IMG/VR virus record: IMGVR_UViG_3300014204_000003
Location: 1 to 64,000 of that record
DNA length: 64,000 nucleotides
Strand: one strand, 5' to 3'
Source: a virus
Taxonomy: Duplodnaviria > Heunggongvirae > Uroviricota > Caudoviricetes
This document shows positions 1 through 10,914 of the stretch, piece by piece. How positions within the stretch are numbered: the stretch's first letter is position 1; every line of letters begins with the position of its first letter. A program made the position numbers and the translations under genes. The notes under the pieces were generated by a model. That model was given only the letters and a program-made list of their open reading frames with translations. It was not told where the DNA came from and searched no databases.

Positions 1-842
1 GTCTCTGTGCCGCAATAGCCCCGAGACCACGCCCCGGAGGGGCAGCTTGTGGCGTCCCTTGCTGACTCGTTATCGACGGGTCCGGCATGGGAGGCATATC
101 CAACCCTGGCGCTGGCATAGTTACTCGACCTTGCCTTTCTTCCCCGATTCACTCTTTTGATTTACGGAATTCGGATCCGTGGACAAAGGGACAAACGTAC
201 CAGGTGATTGAATCCCGGCCGGCTGCGTATTGTCGCCATGACCTTCAAAAGCTTCTTTCTTTTCTTCTGCCATGATTTTTTCTCCTTTTTTAATACTGGC
301 TACCTGCGGTTCGTACCCCGCATACTCTTTCGGCCCTTTGCCTTCCGATATCCGGAAAGCTCTTTGGCCTGATCCGCGGCCTCCTCCTTCAACTTCTTTC
401 GGGAACCAGTCCTGAGCGTTTTAACCAGATGCTCATGCTCTTGGACCATTTCCTTTTTGGGAGTGCAGATTTTTGCTTCCATTACTTTCTGCCGGCGCCA
501 CGTCCAGCTTTCCGGGTTTTCCCGCGCTTGGACTTTCTCCACGCTGCCTCTTCGATATTTTCTTTCTCTGGAGATTCAGCCTTTTCATGGGCTTTCATTT
601 GCGCTTCTCTGCTTTGCTTTGCCATTATCGTCTTCCCCCTCGAGCGCCTTTTCGGCTCGCTTTTCTCTTCTTCGATTGTCCCGATTCACTCAGTGCGATT
701 GCGATCGCCTGTTTTTGATTCGTTACTACAGGACCTCTTTTCGATCCGGAGTGAAGTCTGCCCGATTTCCATTTATCCATTTCTTCCTTAACCCGTTCCT
801 TCTTTTCGGATTTGGAAGCACTTGGAGGAAGCTTGGGCATAA

Positions 843-1118
843 TTACCTTCTAGCCCCACGTCGTCCATTTCTGGACCCGAGTCTCCGGGATTTACGCGGC
901 AAAGCTTCTTTCCGCGTAGATAACTCATTAAGGCCTTCAACTTGGCTTCGCATATGACCAATAGCTCGCTCATGCCGGCCGGGATCTTTTTTGAGATCAA
1001 GATAACTGCGGACTGTACGGCTATCATCCTCGAGTTGATATTTTTTATCTTCTGAGGGTGCAGGGTTAAAGCTTGGAGCTGTTTGGTTGAATTTTGGGCC
1101 TTTACTCTTTTTTGCCAT
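843..1118 (-). CDS. hypothetical small basic (K/R-rich) protein
   Basis: ORF-track ORF of 91 aa with a very basic C-terminus. It is one of several short basic minus-strand ORFs at 0.3-1.6 kb. No recognisable motif. Confidence 0.3.
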   Translation of the reverse strand: MAKKSKGPKFNQTAPSFNPAPSEDKKYQLEDDSRTVRSYLDLKKDPGRHERAIGHMRSQVEGLNELSTRKEALPRKSRRLGSRNGRRGARR

Positions 1119-1227
1119 TTTAATCTCCGAGGTTAGCCGGCCATCGCGGGTAGATGATGCGACGACCGACCAACCAACTTCGGGATTGCCGTCAGAAATA
1201 TCTTCTCATAATGCTGTCAAGCCCCCC

Positions 1228-1593
1228 CTATCGGCGGGCTGTAGAGCGTCCTGATTTTCTTGCTTTTCTGGTCTTGGAAATGACCTCTTCACCCTTATGC
1301 AGCTTGGCTGGGCCGTCCTTCCTCATCGTTCCGCCCTTCCTATATCCGGCAGATCGTTTGGCTAATTCGCCCGCCTTTTCTTTACGCAAAAGTTCCATTC
1401 CCATCTTCCGGGCTTCGAGTTCTTTTTGAGAAAGTACTTTTGAATAGTCATCTCCCAAAACATTGGGATGTTTAATCTGCCCAAGTAGATTGGTTTCGCT
1501 GTGATAGTCCCTGAACTTCTTCAGTTTTTTATCGGCGTAATCAAGCCAATCCTTTGATTTTCCGGTCTTAGGTAATGTTTCCCCTTCTGGCAT
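1228..1593 (-). CDS. hypothetical lysine-rich protein
   Basis: 121-aa ORF on the same strand as its neighbours. Basic, no recognisable motif. Confidence 0.35.
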   Translation of the reverse strand: MPEGETLPKTGKSKDWLDYADKKLKKFRDYHSETNLLGQIKHPNVLGDDYSKVLSQKELEARKMGMELLRKEKAGELAKRSAGYRKGGTMRKDGPAKLHKGEEVISKTRKARKSGRSTARR

Positions 1594-1611
1594 AAGTATC
1601 TCCTTTTAGTT

Positions 1612-1989
1612 TCAAACTCCGATCGGCCTTCCATTTGGATCGAAGAGAGTCCCGGGCCTGATCTGTCCTTCAATCATCGGCTCTGGTATCTGAATATTTT
1701 GTATTGGCCGCTGTACCTCTATTTCTCGGTAGCAACCGTTGCATTTAAAAGAAAGACGACCATCCTTGGTTTGAGCTTTTGCTTCATATACCGGCCTTTT
1801 ATTTCGCTTGCCGCATCTGGGCGCCGGACACTTGAATACAACATAATCAGTACCCTTATTCATCACGATAGAGGTCATGTGAGAATGGTATGACCCCCCA
1901 GGAGTTTGATGCTTAAAGACCTTGGTAGGATACCCCCCACCGCGGTTTACAATTTTAATAGCATTCGTTTGAAGGACGATCCCGGACAT
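1612..1989 (-). CDS. hypothetical protein with Cys-rich (zinc-ribbon-like) segment
   Basis: 125-aa ORF containing CPAPRCGKRN...CNGC cysteine pairs. Collinear with the portal gene. Confidence 0.4.
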   Translation of the reverse strand: MSGIVLQTNAIKIVNRGGGYPTKVFKHQTPGGSYHSHMTSIVMNKGTDYVVFKCPAPRCGKRNKRPVYEAKAQTKDGRLSFKCNGCYREIEVQRPIQNIQIPEPMIEGQIRPGTLFDPNGRPIGV

Positions 1990-2236
1990 TCTTTACTCCT
2001 AACTTTGAATTGCGCTGATAATGACAGAAGCTCCAATCTCATCGAAATCGATGAAAACTTCTGCCATATTTATTCCATTTGGTTCATTGGATATACTGCC
2101 TCCCCAGTGTAAATTCCCCCACCCAGTAAATTTGCGGAAGAAGTATTCAGAGTACTTACCTTAATATTCTGAGTGATTGGTATCGGCCCGGGAAATCCAC
2201 CACCGGAAACTCCCATTTCTGGCATTTTGGCCTACC

Positions 2237-4117
2237 TTATATCGCCGCCGCATTCGCTTGGGTAGCGTTGCTAACTTTGTCTAAAGCACCAGGCAGCATT
2301 CCGCCGCCGCCCCCACTCGCTCCCTGTTTCGATCTTATGGCCTGAATGAGGATATTGGCACCTTCCTCTTCGAGGTTCTTTTTAACGGATTCGAATAATC
2401 CGCCAAGATCAAGAGAGTCGAGCATATTTTTGAGGTCCATATCTCCCATACGACGGAGTTGCATCATAAGAGCCTGTTGAGGCATGCGGGCAGATTTGAG
2501 AAGGGATCCCGGGACCATCATAAAGGTAAATTTCTTCCAATGCTCTTCGGCTTTATCCCCGGCAGGAACCATAGTTCCAGGATCATAGTCGAAGTCTTCC
2601 CACGTAAGACCATCGCTTCCGAGCAACTGCATCCGGCGTTTAAGAGAGTAGTACTGGAAAGCATTAGGAACCCATTGCTGGCCAACCTGCTTCATAAAGT
2701 CCTCGATATATCGGACTTTCAACCGGACAAGGGTTTGCTGGCCTTCTTTCATGCTTTCTACTGTGTCGCTCGAGGGGACAATCCCCTTCCGGGACATGCT
2801 TCCCATATCCAAGAATCCGCTCTGGCTATCCAATTCCTGTTGAGCATAAAGCATTGTCTGGAATACAAACCCGGGAAGGATGGGAGTAGGCGCGTATGTC
2901 GGGGCAGCGATAGAACTCGGACTATAGAAAATCTTGGCATTCGGCATATTGGGGTCTAAGTTCTTCTTTACCGCGGCCCCAAAAGCATTGTCCGGCGCCA
3001 GCATTTGAGGATTAACAGCCTTCTTCACTGCATCCAGAATGCCGGCTAGAACATTATTCATTACATCTTGGAGCGGGATTTGGTTCCTGAATTCCGAGAT
3101 CCCCGGCCATTGCCACGGAACCCTATTGAGCCGGAGGCAGGCGAATGGGAATTGCCCGTGGAAGAAGGGGTTGGGTCCATCGAAAAGCACAACTGGTCCC
3201 CCCATGATAATAAGGCGTCCTCGAGGGTACAGTTTCCCGCCAGGAGGTACCATATATCCATATTCCCCACTTTGTTGCCCTCCATCACCAACCCACACGT
3301 CACGGTTGGACGTATTCCTCTGTGAGTCTCTTACCCAGAATTCCCGGTATAAAGCCATCGGTATGGCAGATTCCCGGATCTGGGTAGATGACTGTCCGAA
3401 CAGCCGTCGCATCTGCGGGGACATAATCTGCATTCCCCGGGTCCAAAGATTCTGATTCGGAGTGCTGGTATACTGGGAATATTCCTTGTCGACCGGAACC
3501 CGGAATCCTTTAAGAGGATATTTCTCTTTAAACCATGAGAGAGGTTTGGGACACCGGTAAATGACACCCATTGCCTTTTGAAGAGTATGAGACGGCCGTA
3601 TCGGGATAAGGTCCATGGCTCCGAGAGGAGTAAGCTCCATCTCTCCTTCGCCATTTCTCAGGTCAGGATTCCAGCAAAGTCGACCATACCCGATCGTCAA
3701 GGCCGCATGGATGATAATCATCGCAAGGCTCATGTCGATATCTTCGTTCGTGAACCATGCTCCGATCATCTTATTGAGAACTTTTGCGTGTTGATCGTAG
3801 AGCTTATTATTGCATTTGATCTCAAAAGAGGGCCGGATATCTGTGAGATAAGAAATCAACTGGACAAGATTCGTCCACAATCGGTTGGCAACCGGCGCGG
3901 CTTTATAGCTTGGCCGGCGCTCAACCCATTGTTTGCCCATGAGATAGTTAATTGAGCGATCGATTTGGACGATTTCATCGTTCCGTTCGAGGTCATCCTT
4001 AGCCTCCTCAAACACAGCTTCACACCATTTACTTATGATGACATCGTGTGCAGTCTGCTGAATCGGAAATTGCTGCCCACCGGGATCAAAACTGTACCAA
4101 CCAGGGAGATCAGACAT
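2237..4117 (-). CDS. putative portal protein
   Basis: 626-aa ORF in the packaging/head module, downstream of TerL with an HNH endonuclease gene between them. Size and position are typical for a portal. No sequence-level proof without a search. Confidence 0.5.
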   Translation of the reverse strand: MSDLPGWYSFDPGGQQFPIQQTAHDVIISKWCEAVFEEAKDDLERNDEIVQIDRSINYLMGKQWVERRPSYKAAPVANRLWTNLVQLISYLTDIRPSFEIKCNNKLYDQHAKVLNKMIGAWFTNEDIDMSLAMIIIHAALTIGYGRLCWNPDLRNGEGEMELTPLGAMDLIPIRPSHTLQKAMGVIYRCPKPLSWFKEKYPLKGFRVPVDKEYSQYTSTPNQNLWTRGMQIMSPQMRRLFGQSSTQIRESAIPMALYREFWVRDSQRNTSNRDVWVGDGGQQSGEYGYMVPPGGKLYPRGRLIIMGGPVVLFDGPNPFFHGQFPFACLRLNRVPWQWPGISEFRNQIPLQDVMNNVLAGILDAVKKAVNPQMLAPDNAFGAAVKKNLDPNMPNAKIFYSPSSIAAPTYAPTPILPGFVFQTMLYAQQELDSQSGFLDMGSMSRKGIVPSSDTVESMKEGQQTLVRLKVRYIEDFMKQVGQQWVPNAFQYYSLKRRMQLLGSDGLTWEDFDYDPGTMVPAGDKAEEHWKKFTFMMVPGSLLKSARMPQQALMMQLRRMGDMDLKNMLDSLDLGGLFESVKKNLEEEGANILIQAIRSKQGASGGGGGMLPGALDKVSNATQANAAAI

Positions 4118-4164
4118 CTATATTCCTCTAGTTTTCATGATAATAGGCATGGTATGCTACTGAC

Positions 4165-4752
4165 ATGACGACTGATAATATTTTCGATCGTTTTTGGGCA
4201 AAAGTAGATACCAGCGGAGATTGCTGGATTTGGCAAGCTTATAGGAATGCTGGAGGATATGGAGTTCTTGCCAATGGAGAGGGCGGACAAATACTGGCCC
4301 ATGTTTTGAGCTATAATATCCACATTGGTCCGGTACCAGATGGAATGTTCGTACTCCATAAACGAGAATGCAATAATCCTTCTTGTGTACGTCCGGATCA
4401 TCTTTATGCTGGAACAAGGTCTGAAAATGCTATCGATGCAATTGCCACTAAAAATTTGACTGTTCTCTTTAAGCCTGGCGGGAATAATATCTCCGCGAAA
4501 CTCACCGAAGATAAAGTTCAAGAGATTAGAGAAATTATTAAATCTCTCAGATCGCAGGCGGAATTGGCAAAAATTCATAATTGTTCGCCACGCCTTATTT
4601 GGAAAATCCATAATGGATATATTCCTAAAAAACTAACAATCGACCAAGTTATAGATATCCGTCTTAGACTAAGAACCCAAAAAGATATTGCTGAAATGTA
4701 TGACTGCTCTCAACAACTTATTAGTGCCATACGATGCAATCAGGTCTGGTAG
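4165..4752 (+). CDS. HNH homing endonuclease (HNH_3-like) with C-terminal HTH
   Basis: CWIW...GYG...HVLSY...CNNPSCVRPDHL motif set typical of phage HNH endonucleases. It is the only plus-strand gene within the minus-strand packaging module, consistent with a mobile homing endonuclease. Confidence 0.8.
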   Translation: MTTDNIFDRFWAKVDTSGDCWIWQAYRNAGGYGVLANGEGGQILAHVLSYNIHIGPVPDGMFVLHKRECNNPSCVRPDHLYAGTRSENAIDAIATKNLTVLFKPGGNNISAKLTEDKVQEIREIIKSLRSQAELAKIHNCSPRLIWKIHNGYIPKKLTIDQVIDIRLRLRTQKDIAEMYDCSQQLISAIRCNQVW

Positions 4753-4788
4753 CCTTCATCTCCATCTTACTAAACTACTGTCAAGCCC

Positions 4789-5103
4789 CTAACCAATCTG
4801 AGGAATTTTGGTTTGCGGGGGATGGACATCCGTTGCCGGCACTACGCCGAATTCGTGACACGCACTTGTAAGGTCGCTGCGCCGGCCTATATGGATATTC
4901 TTACCTTCCGGATGGATATGACGTGTATCGAAAGAATCGAATATGCTCACCGCGGCTAGGGAATACAGTCGCTCCGTGGGACCATTGCAGGCCGGACACG
5001 CAATATCCTCATCGTGCATGCGCTGGTGAAAGACTTCGCTCTTTTTACCGCATCCTACGGTCATGCATTGAATTTCATAAATTGGCATTATTCTAATCTC
5101 CAT
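4789..5103 (-). CDS. hypothetical Cys-rich protein
   Basis: 104-aa ORF containing CMTVGCGKK...CPACNG. Confidence 0.35.
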   Translation of the reverse strand: MEIRIMPIYEIQCMTVGCGKKSEVFHQRMHDEDIACPACNGPTERLYSLAAVSIFDSFDTRHIHPEGKNIHIGRRSDLTSACHEFGVVPATDVHPPQTKIPQIG

Positions 5104-5618
5104 GACCGATAGGGGATGAGGCGCTTGCTCATTAGGACTCTATTCCATGAATCCACGGATAAATTCTTCACGCCACTGTCCCTTACGCCATCGATCATAT
5201 CCATGAGCTTTTTCTTGCTCTTTCTGGATTCAGCCTCTTTTTCTACCTCAGATGATGTTCTCCAGTTTATTGCCGCCTGACTCCCTTGAGGGCAGATGTC
5301 GAACTGGGACCCTTTTACATAGGCGCAATGAGCTCCGGGGACACTGGCGACCAAGTATGGGTATTTGACATCATTTCGGTATACTTTCTTCGGTCCGGGG
5401 AAAAGAGGATATCCAACCCATTGTCCAACTATCAGGTCTGAATTCTGGGAATGCTTCCATCCAGTGAAGAAAATTCGGTAATCCCGATAGATTTCCCCTC
5501 CGAAATCTTCCGAATACTGAGGAGTTCTATCCTCATATTCAGCCCTGGCAATTGCCAGGGCTGACACCGGTCCTAATCCTAAAAACCCAAGCATTGATCT
5601 TCGAGAAAGCATTTTCAT
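5088..5618 (-). CDS. hypothetical secreted protein (Tat/Sec-like signal)
   Basis: N-terminal MKMLSRRSMLGFLGLGPVSALA looks like a twin-arginine-type signal peptide. Confidence 0.4.
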   Translation of the reverse strand: MKMLSRRSMLGFLGLGPVSALAIARAEYEDRTPQYSEDFGGEIYRDYRIFFTGWKHSQNSDLIVGQWVGYPLFPGPKKVYRNDVKYPYLVASVPGAHCAYVKGSQFDICPQGSQAAINWRTSSEVEKEAESRKSKKKLMDMIDGVRDSGVKNLSVDSWNRVLMSKRLIPYRSWRLE

Positions 5619-5632
5619 GACGGTTCTCCTTG

Positions 5633-5893
5633 TTATTTCTTTTTCTTAGGGACAAATTTCATCTGAATTTTCTTAATCGGGAAAGGCTCTCCGGCTTTCT
5701 TTGCCTTTTTGATGAACTCACGTTCTTCATAATTAGGCCGACCGATAGTCACCACGAATGTCTTCGTGCGAGCTCTTGAGTCCTTTTTCCCATGGAATGT
5801 GACCTTGGCGACCTCTTTATCGCTGTGGTAATAGGTTGCCTTCTTGACTTCTGGTTGTGATGCTAACTTAACGATTTCATTGATTGGATACAT
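5633..5893 (-). CDS. hypothetical basic protein
   Basis: 86-aa ORF collinear with its neighbours. Confidence 0.35.
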   Translation of the reverse strand: MYPINEIVKLASQPEVKKATYYHSDKEVAKVTFHGKKDSRARTKTFVVTIGRPNYEEREFIKKAKKAGEPFPIKKIQMKFVPKKKK

Positions 5894-6171
5894 AGGTTAG
5901 TCCTTTGCTGTCCAAAAGACTAACCCATGAAATGAGGGCAATCTTTCGGGCGGTAATCGATTGTTTTTGCAGATTTTTTACTATTGCAGCGTTTACATAG
6001 CGGCTGTCGGTTCTCAACATTATTCGAACCATGCAATTTAACAGGAATGACATGATCCGCATGAAGGATGATATCTGGCTCTTGACGGCCACAGCATAAA
6101 CATCGGTTATCGTATTTGGCCTTTTGGTATATTATAAGCCATAACTATGTGATTACAAATAACATTGCCCA

Positions 6172-6747
6172 TTAACAATACCATAAATTATCGAGCCCTT
6201 CTTCAATCCGGGCTTGCATGTAGCGTTCGATTGACATCCCTCCAGATTCGGCAACATCTTTGATGCTTTCGACATGTCGTTCTGGAATATTAACGGTAAT
6301 GGGGAAATCGCCTCCGATCTTCCTCACCGTTCCTTGAACGAGTACCCGGGCCTCCGCCCTTTCAACCTTCTCTCGAAGGTCTTTTACGGTTTCGTTCATT
6401 GCAAATATCAACCCGAATAAGGAAGACGAATCATTGAATTCTGATCCGACGATTGATTTAATTCTCTCTTTATCAATTGGGTCGATCTTGATCCGGGTAT
6501 CCACTTGGACTTCAGGTTGGGCGGCCGGAATCTCCATTTGCTGAACTTCTGCCTTCTTCTTTTCCCGAAGCAGTGCGCTCATTTCCATGAGTTCGGACTG
6601 TAACTTTTCCCGATCATCCCATTGGTGCCCATTGACGCAATAGTGGGAATACTTTCCACCGGGTTTATAAGTTAAATCAGCCTCAATCCCGGCCTTGTAA
6701 CAGGCAGGACAGAGTTCTCGAGGTTTGGGTTTATTTGCGACGGCCAT
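6172..6747 (-). CDS. hypothetical protein (packaging-module)
   Basis: 191-aa ORF immediately downstream of TerL. Contains an N-terminal CPAC...C...H zinc motif and a coiled-coil centre. Confidence 0.4.
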   Translation of the reverse strand: MAVANKPKPRELCPACYKAGIEADLTYKPGGKYSHYCVNGHQWDDREKLQSELMEMSALLREKKKAEVQQMEIPAAQPEVQVDTRIKIDPIDKERIKSIVGSEFNDSSSLFGLIFAMNETVKDLREKVERAEARVLVQGTVRKIGGDFPITVNIPERHVESIKDVAESGGMSIERYMQARIEEGLDNLWYC

Positions 6748-6756
6748 AAGCTCCTC

Positions 6757-8649
6757 CTAGAGCATGTAAAAATCCGGAATCCCGGAGTCTGTATTCTGAC
6801 TATCCTTGTCGTACATGAGAGAATAGTCAGTGTTTTGAAAATCAACATCCTGTGAGGGTTTGTCTTCCTTCAAATCGCTATCCAAACGAGGACGGAGCTG
6901 GGTAGCGCAGTAATAGCAAATCATGATGGCCATAGTTGCGTCATCATGCGTCCCATTCTTGGCAGCAAAGGTCTCGCTTCCATCGTCAATTTCAACGAAA
7001 TCGAACATCTCGCTCATATCATCTTCTGATCTGATAATGACGGTCCATTCGTTGAGTGCCTGGCGGAATCTGCTAATGAGTTCGTTTTTATTGCGGAATG
7101 TAGTAAGCCATCCGATGAAGTTAGAGAAAGCGTTCTTGGCTTTGTCTTCGCGCATCCATCTATACCACTTGGGATACAATAGAACCTTAACCAAGTCGCT
7201 TGCCACGGTGGTTATGTTATTGCACTCCGGAGCTATCTCGGCAGTGTTGTACATATAACCAATCGCGGCGAGGATCCGGGCGAACTTACCGGGCCCTCTA
7301 TGACCATGCCACCGAGCGACCTGCCTTAATGGCAGATTTACATCCTCTGGAACGGCAAATATCTGAATGCAGCCCGGGTCCCCTCCTTCAATACCCATGG
7401 AAGGGTCGGCAGCAACGTAATAGGTCATGCTGGCTTTGGGAAATTCCCATACCCGGAAATTGCCGTCTGAAATCTTGGATAATCTAAAGGTGCGGTCGTC
7501 TTTATTGAGGTCTATGTCACCGCGCCAGATTTCCATTTTGCAGAAGAAGGTAATCATCTCCTGCATGCGTTTTTTTGAAAAGGCAGTCAATCCGGAAGCC
7601 ACAAAGGCCTCTACCGGATTTATGGGATATTCTTGGCGGAAAGTTTCTGAATCTCCGGACGTGGCTTCATATTCGCGCATCTTCTTACGGCGCCAACTTA
7701 ATTGCCCATCAGTCAGAGTAACTTTGGTTTTTGCTTTAACCTTCTTTAAAAGGGCTTCTTCTTCGGTTGTATGCTTGAAGTTTTCAGGGACCGCTATACT
7801 GTAACCTGGCTCCCGAAACCATTCGATGAAAAGAAATTCCCACGGCAATTCTCCGGATTCAGAGTTCTTGCATATCCGGTTCCAGAGATTCCCCCTGCCG
7901 CGGGCAGTGGACTCCATTATGCCAATTGTCCCGGGTATTTCCGCCAAGGACCCATATATACCTTCGGTAATAGCATCCTCATTCCTGAACCGGGCTACCT
8001 CTGCCAGATGGACTCCGAATAGTGATTTTGAATATGCGGCGCCGGAGGGTTGGTTCGCAGATTCGAAGTAAATCTGACTCTGCAAACCCTGACTCGAGGC
8101 TCTTTCATCAGCTTTCGCACGATCGAATCCGAGTCTCTTTCCAAAAGCGTCATACCGCTTCTCTGGTCTCATCCACCATGGAAGGTATTCATGCGCCATT
8201 CTAGCCATGGAAAAGTTTACGTTTGTGCGCTCCTCTTCGTCAGCCATGGTGAGGACATAGGCCATAGGGTGGAAGAACACAAGCCAAGTCATAAGGGAAA
8301 CGCTGAGGGTGGTTAATCCAAGCTGGCGGGCCTTAAGGACGACAATGCGGATAGTTCCTCCGGCCGCATGTTGCCTTTCGAAAATCTCAAGGAACTTCTC
8401 CTGAGAATCCCAGAACGGCCATATAGGTCGGAGTTCGAGGCGTTTGGTTTTAATGAAATGATAGTTTTCGAGGTAATACCGAGGGCTGGCGAGACACTTC
8501 TCCATCTCTCCTTGGACGAATTCCAAGTGTGTCGAAGTGAGTATTTCGAATGCTTTGGCGATATTCCCACCGGCTTCCTCTACAAGGATCCGGTCGAGTT
8601 CATCCATGGCATCGCCAAGGTCTGAATTCTTTCTACATAGACCTGCCAA
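6757..8649 (-). CDS. terL: terminase large subunit
   Basis: 630 aa. Walker-A-like segment VVLKARQLGLTTLSVS, an acidic catalytic stretch and a C-terminal nuclease-like region. Typical TerL size. Assigned by family knowledge, not by search. Confidence 0.8.
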   Translation of the reverse strand: MAGLCRKNSDLGDAMDELDRILVEEAGGNIAKAFEILTSTHLEFVQGEMEKCLASPRYYLENYHFIKTKRLELRPIWPFWDSQEKFLEIFERQHAAGGTIRIVVLKARQLGLTTLSVSLMTWLVFFHPMAYVLTMADEEERTNVNFSMARMAHEYLPWWMRPEKRYDAFGKRLGFDRAKADERASSQGLQSQIYFESANQPSGAAYSKSLFGVHLAEVARFRNEDAITEGIYGSLAEIPGTIGIMESTARGRGNLWNRICKNSESGELPWEFLFIEWFREPGYSIAVPENFKHTTEEEALLKKVKAKTKVTLTDGQLSWRRKKMREYEATSGDSETFRQEYPINPVEAFVASGLTAFSKKRMQEMITFFCKMEIWRGDIDLNKDDRTFRLSKISDGNFRVWEFPKASMTYYVAADPSMGIEGGDPGCIQIFAVPEDVNLPLRQVARWHGHRGPGKFARILAAIGYMYNTAEIAPECNNITTVASDLVKVLLYPKWYRWMREDKAKNAFSNFIGWLTTFRNKNELISRFRQALNEWTVIIRSEDDMSEMFDFVEIDDGSETFAAKNGTHDDATMAIMICYYCATQLRPRLDSDLKEDKPSQDVDFQNTDYSLMYDKDSQNTDSGIPDFYML

Positions 8650-8666
8650 TATAGGTTCGCATTCTT

Positions 8667-9023
8667 CTACCCTTTAAAAGTGACTCCACCTTGACGCATC
8701 TGCTTGACGAGTTCTATTTCATCTTCCGAGGACATCATCCCAGTTTCAGCCTTAATGCGGCGAATCTCTTCTGCATTAGCGAGTTCTTCGTCTGTATTAA
8801 AAACGAAATCCCCATCCGTTGGCTTCTGCTGGCCGGCAAAAATCTCAGGAGTATTTACCGAAGAATTGGTCCTGAAATTTACGTGAAGGGCTATCTCTTT
8901 GATCACGTTGAGATCGAGGCGAATAGCCAAAAGGATTTTAAAGGCCACAAAAAGAACGGCCCCCATAACCCCCAAGAACATTGTGCAAGCGAATACGAGC
9001 AGAGCAAGATATAGATAAATCAT
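8667..9023 (-). CDS. hypothetical membrane protein
   Basis: N-terminal hydrophobic helix MIYLYLALLVFACTMFLGVMGAVLFVAF. Confidence 0.4.
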   Translation of the reverse strand: MIYLYLALLVFACTMFLGVMGAVLFVAFKILLAIRLDLNVIKEIALHVNFRTNSSVNTPEIFAGQQKPTDGDFVFNTDEELANAEEIRRIKAETGMMSSEDEIELVKQMRQGGVTFKG

Positions 9024-9449
9024 CCCTAGTTCTTTCTCCTACCCGTTTTTAGGCAGTTTGACGGCTACCAGGAAGAATTATAGAACCATAACTTATTTAT
9101 TATCAATGGGAAATATTGTATGAACTGTCGTCTCGTCCGACCTCAAACCGGATACGGATTCCGGACACAGTTCCGATTATGGGATCAATATCCATCTGGA
9201 CGATACTTTCTTTCCCCATAAATCCATTGCCGGCACCTTGGCTAACCCGATGTTCATTATTGCCCGGGTCCAGATCGATGTATATTTCCTTCTTTTCTTT
9301 ATCTTCGGTGATTTTGTAAGGCATGTCATTCCTTTATTTCGAAAGGCCATCCTGCGTGGAAGGAAGGCATATATCTCCACATACTACCATTGGTCGCTTT
9401 AAAAATCACAAACTCATCAGTTTTCCACAAGGGCTTATCCACTACGAGA

Positions 9450-10190
9450 CTATTGAGAGTCAACCAATCCTTCATTGTCCCCGTTGGCCTTTTGAACGGT
9501 GGTGGAAATATCTCCATTCGGCTCCTTTGCCGGTTTAATTAATTCGAAATCCCTAGTCCCGAATCCCTGAGCTTTCATATCATCCAAGACCTGTTTGACT
9601 GATGTCTTTTTATTGAATTCCAGATTGATAATGTAGGGCTTTGAGGGCTTGGACAATCCGCCCCATCTTTCACGAATACTCAATTGGGCCCTATGCAGCG
9701 GTTCGGATGCATCAAAATCAAGGCCGGCAAAGATATGGTTATAATTATCCTCCTTGTGAACAGCTTTTAAAACTTTGCGATAAAAGATCCACTGTTCTCC
9801 TTCATATAAATCCCGGGATGAAAAGCCGCTAAGTTTTATAAAATCTTCATTGCCATAGTTGCAGAGAGCGTTTGAACCAATTGCGCGAAGGCACATACCA
9901 TAAGGGTCATTGGGAATCCCAACTTCATGAATAAAACTGACAATCCATGGATTTGTCTGCCATCCAACAGAAGTGCGGCACACAACCAAGTCACCTACCT
10001 CCAGGATCTTGGTTTTACTGAAATTGGTGTATTGAGCCCGCGGCCAATGCAACCCATCTTTATGGATATCAATCCCGCGCAATTCAAATAGGTTTTCAAC
10101 GTAAGCTAATCTTGAAGCCAATTGAGACGTAATATTCATCAATATCCGCTCTCGATCGGTCAAGGTCGGGGTATTGTCTTTCCTTCTCAA
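9450..10190 (-). CDS. hypothetical protein
   Basis: 246-aa ORF with no recognisable motif. Confidence 0.45.
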   Translation of the reverse strand: MRRKDNTPTLTDRERILMNITSQLASRLAYVENLFELRGIDIHKDGLHWPRAQYTNFSKTKILEVGDLVVCRTSVGWQTNPWIVSFIHEVGIPNDPYGMCLRAIGSNALCNYGNEDFIKLSGFSSRDLYEGEQWIFYRKVLKAVHKEDNYNHIFAGLDFDASEPLHRAQLSIRERWGGLSKPSKPYIINLEFNKKTSVKQVLDDMKAQGFGTRDFELIKPAKEPNGDISTTVQKANGDNEGLVDSQ

Positions 10191-10297
10191 GGTTTCTCCT
10201 TCTTAAAATCCGTTGAATATCCGTGTGCCGCCCGTCTAAGGACCGTCCGACGCCCATTCCTGCATATCAAAAATCCTGCAATCATAATCCCATTAAT

Positions 10298-10373
10298 TGG
10301 AGGGGCCAGTGGGATTCGAACCCACAATTCACGGAGCGAAAGTCCGTTGTCCTAACCGTTAGACGATGACCCC
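10298..10373 (-). tRNA. tRNA-Glu (anticodon UUC)
   Basis: Hand fold on the minus strand. T-arm GTGGG/TTCGAAT/CCCAC, a 7-bp acceptor with one G-U, anticodon loop CTTTCGC. CCA is encoded. Coordinates are ±2 nt. Confidence 0.7.
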
Positions 10374-10582
10374 TTTTGCTTGCATTCCCTGTCGGTTCTC
10401 CTGACAAGGCATTCGTATTCTACGATTGAATCATATCCTGATCCATGAGCAACTAAACTGGAAGCTCGCAGCCTCAACCAATCAGCCAATTCACATCGAC
10501 TTTCATGTGACATGGCCGCAGCGTCTTTGATCGTTAGAATAGCTCTAAACCCTTTTGCGCCCGGCATTAGATATTTAACCTC

Positions 10583-10658
10583 TGGCGGTTCCAACGGAAT
10601 TCGAATCCGTGTCTCCTGATCGACAGTCAGGAATCATGGGCCATTAGACGATGGAACC
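10583..10658 (-). tRNA. tRNA-Asp (anticodon GUC)
   Basis: Hand fold. T-arm ACGGA/TTCGAAT/TCCGT, acceptor GGTTCCA, anticodon loop CTGTCGA. CCA is encoded. Confidence 0.7.
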
Positions 10659-10668
10659 TTTATAGTCC

Positions 10669-10914
10669 TTAATCTTTTAAATCAAATTTTGCTGCAAATG
10701 CCTTCGCGGCAGTCTGAAACAGTGTCATAGATGTCTCTGCCAATACCGTCTCTCCAGATGGCAATTCAAAAACAAAGGCGATTGATGGCTTGCCACTCTC
10801 CATGCCTCCGGCTAAAGCCGCAACCGTTATTGGGGTTGTAAGGTGAATAACCTTTTCTGTTGGGACATCTTTTATGATTCCGGTTGCATCCATCACTATT
10901 TTAAGTACGGTCAT
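10669..10914 (-). CDS. hypothetical protein
   Basis: 81-aa ORF between tRNA genes. Confidence 0.35.
   Translation of the reverse strand: MTVLKIVMDATGIIKDVPTEKVIHLTTPITVAALAGGMESGKPSIAFVFELPSGETVLAETSMTLFQTAAKAFAAKFDLKD

Noticed and set aside
300-1118. Assigning function (e.g. histone-like or internal virion proteins) to the short basic ORFs at the window start
   Set aside because: They have only compositional bias. Plus-strand ORFs overlap them, and the true coding strand cannot be settled from sequence alone.
10122-10594. ORF-track ORFs 10122..10355 (+) and 10352..10594 (-) as protein genes
   Set aside because: They overlap tRNA-Glu and tRNA-Asp and have no motifs. They are most likely read-through of tRNA sequence.
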